Shown in pieces: positions 1 through 10,729 of a stretch of DNA of 20,000 nt. The notes beneath the pieces are model-generated. The model saw only the letters and a list, made by a program, of their open reading frames with translations, did no database searches and had not been told where the DNA came from. Where the stretch lies: positions 484,635 to 504,634 of the forward strand of contig JBEWZL010000276.1 in assembly GCA_045837725.1 (NCBI GenBank), read 5' to 3'. The translations under genes and the position numbers were made by a program. This DNA is from Vermamoeba vermiformis. Its lineage: Eukaryota. The stretch's first letter is position 1. Every line of letters starts with the position of its first letter.

Positions 1-385
1 GGTCGATTACTTTGCTAATATGATGAAAGAATTATTTGTTGACAAAATATTCATGGTTGGAGTTGCGACTGACATTTGCGTGCGCAACTCAGCTGTTGAT
101 GCGTTGCAACATAAATTTAAAGTCACCGTAATCATCGATGCTACTAAAAGTAAGTATTTAATGTAATGCAATATGCAATATTATTTTAAATATAATAATT
201 TAAAAAATTTGAAAAGTTGGTAAATTTTTACGATCGGATCTTGCTCCACAATCTAATCAGTATCTTTCAAAGGTGTGGAGCCTATGTCGAAAGTCAAAGC
301 AGATCTTGAAGCAGAGGGTATTGAAATTGCATATTCGAAGGATATTTTGGAGGAGCTGAAAAAAGAAACTAGCGTAAACTCTTAA
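1..385 (+). CDS. PNC1: Nicotinamidase/pyrazinamidase (isochorismatase family), 3' part; 5' end outside the window
   Basis: Frame 2 from nt 2 reads VDYFANMMKELFVDKIFMVGVATDICVRNSAVDALQHKFKVTVIIDATK, containing the G-x-A-T-D-x-C-V catalytic Cys motif of PncA/Pnc1. GTAAGT donor at 150; acceptor at 260 or 272 (same frame); last exon ...VEPMSKVKADLEAEGIEIAYSKDILEELKKETSVNS, TAA 383-385. Confidence 0.8.
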
Positions 386-536
386 ATATGATTGCTTGTA
401 AAAATTAATATTAATTGTAAATAGAACAAAAATAAACTGATTTATTACATGTTGAATTGATTAATGAAAGGACGGATCGAGCAGAAAAATAAACTAGATT
501 CCATTCAATAGTCCAATTTTGCCGAACAAAAATAAC

Positions 537-2843
537 TTAGCTTATCTGTTCAATAGGAGCCTCGTCGAGCCACAACTTATGGAACAAGTTATAGAGTTCA
601 GCAGACACAGACACTTTGTACGGTGTTGGGTTCAGTTGTCGCTTGTGGTCCTCACGAATGATGTCGAATTGTTTGCGCGAGTACTCGCGAACTTCTTTCA
701 GTGAAGGCAGAGCAACCTACGAGAGGGTGTTAGGAGCGATGGGATAATGCGTGGATGTCCTTTACCTTCTTGCCCATGTCCCAGACCAAGTGATGCAAAG
801 GCTCCACCGAGCTGGGTGTTACCTGATGATACGTGTCAAAACGGAGAACTGTTTCGAAGCTCTAGCAATGTACTTACATAGGCTCGCTTTGATTCGTCAA
901 AAGGATGTCTGCAGAGAATGCTCTTGTTCACTTCAGGTGCCTCGTGACCTACTTCAATCATCATGTCCAAAATTGCTTTGCCGTTTTGACCAAACAGTCT
1001 GCCAGCAAGTTAGGCTACTAGATACTTGGCTACAAAAGTAGTGCAACATACCTGAAGGCTTCTTTGCGAGCAGGAATGGTCACTTTGCTAATGCCCTCCG
1101 ACAACTTAAGTCTAGCCTGGTTATTGATGGAGACAAGTTTGTACACGCAGCCCAACGCCGGTTGTGCTTGACACGTGACCAAGTGCGTGCCGATGCCAAA
1201 GATGTCAATTTCGTGCTTTTGCTGATTGAGTGAGTAGATGGTTGTTTCGCTGATATCGCTGCTGGCACAGATTTTGATCTTGGCAAATTCGGGCTTATTG
1301 TACTCCTGCGCGATCGACGCGAAGATTCTACGAGTCTCACGTGACAAGTACGCCAAGTCGCCAGAGTCCAATCGAATGCCCACGGGCGAGTACCCGAGTT
1401 CTATTAATGCTAGCGCAACGAAACAAAAGTTCATCACACCTGATTTGAGAGTGTTATATGTGTCGACCAGGGCTAGATAACTATGAGGGAAGGCCAGAGC
1501 ATACGCTACAATGACAGTGTTAGCAGTAATACGCTAAATTTAGCGATGAAGTAACTCACCAATAAACGCTGCGAGTTCACCTTCGTTGGGGTCAGCGTTC
1601 AGCTTGAATTTGCTCTTGTATTTCAATACGATATCAACAAAGTCGTGCTCTTTGCCATCGGTGTCAACCTAATTCATAAGTTAGTCAATGTATCTTAATT
1701 GGAGCAATTGCTCACCAAAGTTCGATGATGCAAGTCGCGGAGTGAAGTAAATGATGACACGAAAGCATGAGCGTGAGTGCCTTAAACGTCTGTTAGCGAG
1801 TAGAGATTAAATTAAACAGTGATGTACCTGAAATCTCGATATCAAATAGTTGGCCAGCTTTTACGTTGCTCGTCTTGTCAAATCCACCAACAAAACAGTA
1901 TCGACTCGCAGAAATGCCACCGTCTATAATGCATTAGACCCATCGTATTAAATTGAGTGCTAATTACCAGGTCCTTGTGCTCTTCTCAAGCCGAATTCAA
2001 GCAATACTTTGTCTTCGCCTGCAGCATAGCGCATCCGCGCTGCATTTGTAGCAACCAAGCTGATTATCGATTATTAGACTTGTCCTCATGATATTATTAC
2101 TGAGCAAGTACCTCGGGTAATTGACAAGATTCAAAAGTGTCGTTTCTAGAAGCTACGATTATAAAGTTAATAAAATTGGTAGCAGGATCCAGATCCTTAC
2201 CTGACCAACAGCTAAGGGACCTTCAATTCGTAATAGAGGAATATTGGGGAATGTTACTGAACCTTCTTTAAGCGCGTAGACTTTCAGCTTGCTGCAGTCC
2301 ACTGTTGCTAACCAATCGAAAAATCCTTTGTCCGCGTGTGGCATAACGCGTTGCAAATAAGCGATATCTTCCGCATTGAATTTATACGTGTCGATAAATC
2401 GCAAGCACTAAATTTAGCAACGGGTCAGCTTTTGATTGCAGAAAAGTAAATAAAATTGGTTCTACGAAATATTTTCTAATTTCAGCCCAATTATTACGCT
2501 GATCAATATCGTTCATATTTGTATTTTATTGCACTTACCTCTTCTAAGCCGCAAAAAATAGTAAATTCACCGCCAAAAGGATTTTTTCTGAAATACAAAT
2601 CGAAGACAGCGTGATCCTCGTGCTTTGAATTTTTCCAATAGCCATAAGCCTACAAAAAAGTAAATTTAGTGTCCATTCGCAGGCAGATCCAGCGGCGTAG
2701 GCGGGAAAAATCAAGAGACCCGATCTCCGTCCCCCGCTAATTCTGCGGGCTGAAAATTGCATTAATATTCCTACCATTGTTATTTGATAAAAGTCCGTCA
2801 GCAGAGGACTCGTTAAATTATTGACTGGGCGCTGGTGATCCAT
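537..2843 (-). CDS. NAPRT: Nicotinate phosphoribosyltransferase, multi-exon
   Basis: Exons give [16 protein letters not shown]...[105 protein letters not shown] and C-terminal [18 protein letters not shown]...EAPIEQIS*. These are hallmark eukaryotic-type NAPRT motifs. Confidence 0.95.
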
Positions 2844-3084
2844 CTGAAAGTCTCGTGATATCGTACAAAAAAATATTTAGCTACGCAATAACGAGACTAA
2901 GAGTACTATAATAATAACCAATTCTTAGCTTCGTGGTATTACGTTCGGTGTGCAGTTGGAAAAAAAGCCTGCCAAAACTTCTTGGCTTACGTCAAACAAA
3001 TGTTTTTGTTCTTGTTGTACATTCTAAACAATAGACCTTACACTGATTTGGATTGCACGATACTCTTAAGTGAACCTATTGCAG

Positions 3085-6000
3085 ATGGGCTTATCGCAAT
3101 CATTCGTCAACTTGGTTCGCGAACAGAATGAAGATTATATAATATCTTTAATCGAGCAAAAGAAAGTCGATATTTTTGCACGAGATGATGAAGAACGCAC
3201 TGCTTTACATTGGGCATCTGCTGAAGGTAAAAACCAATTTTCCGTTTTTCTTGATCTAATTTTAATTGAATTGTCTATCACGTAAAATTATTGTATTCCC
3301 TTAATTGCAGTTAATAATACGTAATTTCTTATTTTTTCTAATTTTTACTACGTCGACAGGCAAGAAAAAAATAGCTTCTGTCTTAATTGACCAGGGAGTG
3401 CCAGTCAACTCGGTTGATAAGCATAAATATACGCCATTACACACAGCAGTATTTCGCAACCAAGAAGAGTCCGCAAAGCTGTTGATCCAAAAAGGAATTG
3501 ATATCAACCTTCAGGACGAAGCAGGCATGACGGCACTTCATTGGGTAAGAAACTAATTTATATGAGCCTAATAAGCGACTAACATATTTTTAGGCCGTTT
3601 ACGAGCACAATTACAGCTGCATGCAATTACTGCTTCGCAAAGGAGCGCGACTCGATATCAAGAATGAGAAGGGTCAAACCGTGTGGGACATTGCTCGTGG
3701 TTTGAAAAAAGCGCACAGAAATCGCGTGTTAGAGGCACTGCAAGCAAGCTCCTCAGTCAATGAACAAGGTAAGATCTGCCTCAAGTGGTTCATGAACAGG
3801 GAGTACTAATTTCATTAATGTTACTAAGGCTCAACAATGCTGTCTAACTGGAGTTCATTGACTACAAAAGAGATCTATTTGTCGAGTCTGTGTCAGTTGT
3901 GGGGTGCCATCAAGTTCATTCACCCGTACGTCGCATATCGCGATGACGTTGACTGGGATCTGGCTCTCGTTGAAACTCTCCCAAAAGTACGCATATTAAA
4001 CATAATATCTAGCGACTAACACGCTCTAGATTCTTAATAACACCAACTTGAGTCCACAAGACTTCAAAGTGGTTATTGTCGACATGTTGAAGAGACTGAA
4101 AGATCCGAACACAATCGTCGCGAATCTCGAGCCCTCCGTTCAAAGGCTCGTGCAAACACCAAAGCCAAGCAAGAAACAACTTACAGCAGAGCAAACACCA
4201 ACGAAGGCTGACAACCAATCAGCAGAGCCATTAGTCTCGTCAGCTGATCGCTCCAGCCCTATTATTCCTCGTGCCAATAAGACAGCACGACAAGAATCAA
4301 CAATCCCCACTGATGGAAATGACTCTACTTCTAGCGAGCCTACCACAACACCTGCCACACCCGAACCATCACGGAGACCAACTAGTCAACCTTATGTGGC
4401 AGTCATGTCTGACAACACAGGTGTCATCGTGACCACGGATTACAATCAATTCAATGACCCGCAGCGGTACAACGCGTTGTTACAGTCTATGTACACAGCC
4501 TTGAACAACTGCACGAGCGTTATTTTTGACGTGAGATGTCGCTCAGCTGAGCCATTGAAGAGTTCCAGCGCCCTGGCATTGTCGATTATGTACTACGAAG
4601 CCTTCAAGTTGTTTTTGACTGAGGACTTGTTCTTGCCTACCTACCGCCACAGAACATTCCACGGATATCCCGAGCACCGCAGAGGTACGATGACTAGTAT
4701 GTATGCAATATCTCATATATCCGCAGGTTACTCGCACATGTTCCATCACGGCTTCATGATCACTGACTGCGAGGTGTTGAGACCCGACGCGACCCAACGA
4801 CTACAATTCGTTCAAAGTTTGCAAACCCCTGCCACACCAGTTAAGACAGGCAGTGCGAGTACTCCAGGCACTCCGTTAGCCACTTCTGGCTCAAATCCTA
4901 ACTTGCTCGCATCGACTGAAGCACCCACGACACCAATGACCCCAGACAGACGGCAAGTCAACATTGGCACTCCAAAGACTCAGCGCAACACTCCCGCGGC
5001 TACACCGACCAAACCATTGCTCCCAGCTGGTCCTCAACTGCCATCGCTCAACAAATCACTTGTGTTTATTATCGATCAAGAAACACCGCAAGGAATCGTC
5101 GACATCGCTCTCGCACTCAAAGCTCAATACAAAGCTGGCATCGTGTATCAGGTATGTGGTTTGTTTTCATTTCGTATGATCGTTGTATGTAACTAGAGCT
5201 CTTCGCAGGCTGTGCCTGATGACTGTTACATCGACGAAGTGACCTCAGAGATGTATTTGCACGAGCCTGGCATTGCCATCTCTGTGATTAACTTGCCTCC
5301 TAGCTTGAAGGTGTTTGTTCGGCAAAACGAAAAAGTCAACCCTGACGGCACGATCGGCCTGAGACCCGACGTAGTTATCAAGCAGGAAAAACGTCCGTAC
5401 CACGACAAAGACGATGCTAACGATGCCGCGTTGGCCGAAGCACTAAAGCTAGCTATTGAAAAGACAACCAAAGATAATATCCCGGGTCCAACTGGAGGTA
5501 CGTGTTATAATAATGTCAGTAACGTAGGAAAAAACACTGATGACACTTATTTTCCGCAGCGGTAGCGGCAATATTCCCAAAGCGAAAGCTTGACGAGGAA
5601 TACAAAACAATGTTGTTCCCTAATGTAGAATATCGCTACCTGGCTTTGTTCAAGCTATGGAACATCGTTCATTACTTCTACCCGTACAAAGATCTGCTCG
5701 AGAAGCCATGGGATCAAGTGCTGGTCGAATCAATGCCCAAGTAAGTCTTAATATTGTTGCGCAATATCTTGCGTATCTTGCGAATACTCCGCACTTCATT
5801 GACTTTTAGACCTTCACAGAGTTTCTAACTGTTGCTGTTTTTGACAGGTTTGAGGCGTGTACGACACCGCTTGACTACGCCTTAGCGATCACTGAAGTAG
5901 TTAATAATATGCACGATACGCATGCCTATGTGCGTAACAGCGTATTATCTACTTTCACTGGCACGCACGTACCGCCCGTCAAGCTGCGCACGATTGGCAA

Positions 6001-8023
6001 TCAGACTGTCGTTGTGCAAGTCGAGCAATTGGGCCTCAATGATGAGCCTAAAGAAATGCAAGTGTGATAGTTGAACATTTCATTTCGTGTCACTAATTAA
6101 GGACTCTTTTTGACAGGCTGCAAGTTGGGGATCTGATTCTTGAAATCGACGGCGAAACTGTAGCAACTAAGCGAGCCAAGCTCGAAAACTTGATTTCAGC
6201 GTCAAGTCCTGCAGCGAAAGTGTGGCGCGTGGATACTAAACTATTGTCGGGTGCATTGGTAATGTTTCAAAATCAATTTATTGAAACGGTGTAAATTCAA
6301 TTAAGTCTAATTTGACGTGTCAATCTATTTAGGGCTCTGTTGCTAAATTAAAAGTGCTGCGCGAAATCATTAATGAATCAGGGTAAGATCCACTTTGATT
6401 GATTCTGGTTAACGCATGAAATTTAAATACAACATTTAGGGCCAAATCCGAGCTTACTCTTGACGTAGAAGTACCTCGTGTCATTCAAGCCCAGCAATTG
6501 CAGGTAAGCGAACAACAGAGAGCTCTCATTTGATTTTTTCTGCTCTTGTGTCAATATTTTTATTTATTGCGGTCTCAAGTGATTTCAACTTTGTAAATCC
6601 ATATCTTTGATGTCTGTACGCGCTGTTGATCCGTATATTAACTCTACATTTAGCCGTTGAGACAAGGACCTACGTTTGGACTCCTCGATAAAGTTGATGA
6701 TAGCGGCAAGCAGATCGGCTACATTGACCTCTCGCGCATCCAATTTAATGTAAGCGGCCTATTCGCATTATTCCTATTAGTATTTTTTGTAACATGTCGA
6801 TATGTGCCATTTTTAGGAGGTCGATCCGTCTATGGATGCACTTTTACATACCAATTCGCTGATTATCGACTTGCGTGGTTACATTAAGGGCACAATATAC
6901 AAGTAAGATACATTAATTAATTCACATTATTCGATTCTCAACCGGATTTCACCGCAATTTGCACAACGTTGGATCTGACTTGTTGGGATTCACAGATTGG
7001 CCCCTCGACTGGTCAACCGCAAGGTCGCAGTATCGCGTACCATTACGCCTATATTATCTTCTTCATTGCTCGTTGATGATCTTCAATCAGGCTCAGTTGT
7101 AAACCAGCAATATTGCACTCCTGCAACTTTCACGCTGAATCTGCAGAGGTAAACGCGTTATAAACATTAGCAGTAGGGGAATAACGTAACTAATATTAAT
7201 AATATGACCAGCGGATCAACTTCCGACGCCAACCCCGCTCATTACCAAGGCAAGATTGTTGCACTCATCGATACCGAGGTAAAACCTATTGGATGCACCT
7301 TTGCTCGACGTATTTAACGTTAATATTGCCAGACGATAAGCCACGGAGAACACAGTTGCTTGTGGTTGAAGGTAACAACGCTGAAAACATGATCCCGCTC
7401 TGTCATTTCACAATATCACTGTTCGACTCACATCAGATCGCGTTGTGAATTAACGCAAATTCTTTCTCTTTCGATTTCGCTTGCACCGAGATGTTAATCA
7501 AGCTTTACATCTGAATGCTAATATTCTGCTTATAACAGGCGTGTCGACCCGATTGTTATTTTATTGGCAAACCTACATCTGGAACTGTCGGCAACATCAC
7601 GAATTTGGTCTTGCCAGGCGGCGTGGCTGTTGGTTTTACTTCAATGGGCGTTCAAGACAGAGTAAGGCACTTATATATAATAGTTACTATTTATTAAGGC
7701 TGCTTTTCGAACACCAAATTAGATTTTAAAATGAACAGACCCGTCAAAAATTTCAATTAAAATAAAACGAGTGATATGATAAATTAATTTACGATTTATT
7801 GGCAGGACGGCTCTCAAGTACAGCGTGTTGGAATCAAGCCAGATCTGTTCGTGGAAGAAACAGTCGAGGCCATCAAAGTGAATCGCGACGTTATTCTCGA
7901 AGCTGGGATCGGACATTTCCAAACGAAGGACCCCAGTCAAGTTGTGCAACAGTAATGTTACTCGACTCGGATCCAGTTGCTCCTCGTAGTTCCCAAGCTA
8001 CGGAACTTTTAGCGTCAACATAA
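3085..8023 (+). CDS. Ankyrin-repeat + S41-family peptidase (degenerate first module, PDZ-like segment, intact second module), many exons
   Basis: Ankyrin repeats RTALHWASAEG, YTPLHTAVFRN, MTALHWAV. S41 motifs LWGAIKFIHP..DWD, LALFKLWNIVHYFYPYKDL, MHDTHA, LQVGDLILEIDG (PDZ-like), GYIDL, LIIDLRGY, YQGKIVALIDTE/TISHGE, IGKPTSGTVGN, LPGG, QRVGIKPDLFVEET...RDVILEAG. Stop TAA 8021-8023. ATG 3085 follows a CAG, so an upstream exon is possible. Confidence 0.85.
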
Positions 8024-8468
8024 AACCTCGGGAATTTAGCTGAATTGGATGTCTCACTAAAGATTATGAAGGATAATAGGAGGCATTTGGCGACATTGGG
8101 TTCTACAGTGAGTTCGAACCAACACGTGTCAACTGGGTGATTTGTGGATGTGTCCCTCGAACGTTCTTGTGAAGTGACACGGTTCGTAGTAATGAGAAAA
8201 TAGAGCATACAAAGAACTTCAATTAATGACGTGCAAATCATGATTCTCGCAGTGCATTGCAGCAAGATGTGTCAGTGGTGTCACAAAATCTGACGTGAAT
8301 GACAGGCGTGTCATCGAAAACTTATCAAAGTCAATTTTTTTCATTTCAGTTGTGACGCGAAGCTCTCAAACACACGTCACTACCAAGTGTTGCATCTGAA
8401 CAAACGATTTTAAGAGCCAACTCTTCGCGCATTCTAATATCCATCCAGTTATTATTCCCGAAACGAAG

Positions 8469-10091
8469 ATGACGACCCCAAATACTATTTTTTTGAAGGA
8501 ATCAGCTCCTGTTGCTCAGACCCAACACGTTGTGCGAGTGTCTCATCCGATCCGCCAAGATGTTACAGCCGACATGCAATACAATCGTGTAAGTCAATTT
8601 TTAGAACGAGCCTCGATGCGAGACGGAAACGCCATTTTTGGGACCAACCCAAAAATACTCTTCCTATTATTCATATAAACAAGATATTAACGCTATTCTT
8701 AATACTGACATGATTTTATTTAAACAGCTTTTGAACTATTGTCACAAGATTGCAGATCTTGCGTCTCAAGTCAACAGAACGAAACAATCACCCGAGATGC
8801 TTTCTGCAGCTAATAAGGTTCGTAATCACCTTAACCGTCACGTCTTAAACATTGTTTAGCCCGGATCTAATTTTTTAATTTAGGTCCTGCACGCTTTAAT
8901 GCTGTCTCTTGGCACCGCATCTGGCTCGCTAGACCCAAAGTTAGGACAAGAACAGGTAAGGATTAAGCGCCAATGCATACTTCAAAAGATTCTTTATCAG
9001 CGACGTCACTTGTCGTGGGTGAAAAAAGACAACGAAAAATCGATTTAATTTAAATGTGTGCGTTCAAATATGCTTTGCACTGGCATGTCATACCAATAAT
9101 TCAATAACGAATATCACTATTGTATTAGCCAAAAGAGAAATATTCAACTTATTTGATTTATTGAACGGATGGGACACGCACCTGTCAAACTTCAAATCTG
9201 GACTTGCTTTCCATCTTTACTACTATCCAGCTCTTGCTATACCTTAATACATTTATTTTGCCTCGGGTTCTTAACCCGGCAGTTAGAAGGAGCAATCTCC
9301 AGCGTCCTATTTTTACCGCACGTCAAATCCTGTTTTTAGAGCCTGTCAAACGAGATTGACCGGCTAATTTAATGTTAATCGGCAACCGCTCGTCGTACTT
9401 TTGGTGTCCTTTATATTATTAGACAGTGTTAGGGCCATTACTGCGGTTGCAATCATCTTTCTCACTTGCATCTGAAGCGGATGTACTGATCCTTCTTTTT
9501 GTAGCTTCCTGTGGAACAAAATCTGACTGGACAGCCAGATATTCTCGAACAGCTTATTATGAGCTTTATGAAGTGCAATATCGCTCCCAATCAACCAAAA
9601 CAACCAAGCTTTTTTGGCGATTCATTTTTGAGCACAGATCCAAATCCGCCTAAGGTAAGGCTTATTTTATATAAATCAATTGACGCGTAAATTTACTATG
9701 GACGGTGTTATTATAAAGTCTTTGCTTACAATTTTGGTGATTTTTTGATTTGTTTATTTCTTGACGCAGAAAACTAACTCATTTTCGGTAATCCAGAAGC
9801 GCAAAATTAGTGACGAGAATCCTCCTCATCTAACTCCTCCTGCCGTAATGCCGTTCTCTTATTCGTATCCTTTTTAACCCGAGTGGGAACTACGGAATTA
9901 TCCACGGCACTAAGTGCAAAAAAATCTACTTCATTGTTTCTCCTTAACCTCGGTAATCCAGATTTGCTCCTACAACCACCTCCAACCCATTCTCCACTGT
10001 TGAAACGCACGAGCGAAGGTCCGTTACTGTAGCGGATCACCGTCCGCGCAAGTCATCTGGCAGTGCTCCGCTTGACATGCTCTTGAACTAA
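8469..10091 (+). CDS. Hypothetical protein, about 6 exons, no recognised domain
   Basis: Phase-compatible exons: MTTPN..QYNR | LLNYCHKIADLASQV..AANK | VLHALMLSLG..GQEQ | LPVEQNLTGQPDILEQLIMSFMK..PNPPK (9505-9654) | KTNSFSVIQKRKISDENPPHLTPPAVMPFSY | SFAPTTTSNPF..SAPLDMLLN*. The last splice junction is uncertain. Confidence 0.6.
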
Positions 10092-10729
10092 ATTCCATCC
10101 CTGAATACGATACCCCCCGTTGCACGTGCTACTCGTATGGAATGTTTGTTAAATAGCAAAGCGAGGTAGCATTGACGGGGATTTCGAAACACCTTTAAAT
10201 CGAATCCAACAATCGATACCTTAGAACTTCACTGACAACCCTAGTCTAGTTTGCGAATTGTACATAATGTTAATATAAAATAATAATGAAGCGTCAAAAC
10301 GAAACGAAAATCGCAGGGTGGTGCTGTCGCTCAAGAGGTGTCACCACGGACGGCATATCAATAACACGTAAAAATTAACAAAATGCTTAAGTGCTTTACG
10401 TTGTTGACTCGTCCAGGAGAATTAGTGTCGTTTGTTTTTAATGGCAGTGTAAATGTCAATAGAAACGGGACCAAATGAACATCACAAAAAAGTATTGCCC
10501 TTTCTGACAGGAATACAACAACGCGTATTTAGCACCAATCTATTATTATTTAAATATACAAGTTTATTGCGATAACAGTATTGGCGAAGTGCTTTGGACA
10601 AACAGCGAGGTTAGATTTGATCAACTTTTTTTTCAATATAGAAGTGCGCTAAAATATACGTCATTCATCAATTTTGTTCCTAATATTTAAATTTACCTTT
10701 TGAAATATTAATTAAATATTTTAGAGATA

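Noticed and set aside
519-1480. Plus-strand ORFs 519-704, 751-1041 and 1238-1480
   Set aside because: They are antisense shadows of NAPRT exons with no recognisable motifs.
9807-10040. Minus-strand 77-aa ORF
   Set aside because: It lies opposite plus-strand exons with proper splice signals and has no motif.
10165-10210. TTCGAA segments resembling a tRNA T-loop
   Set aside because: No cloverleaf or matching A/B boxes could be built.
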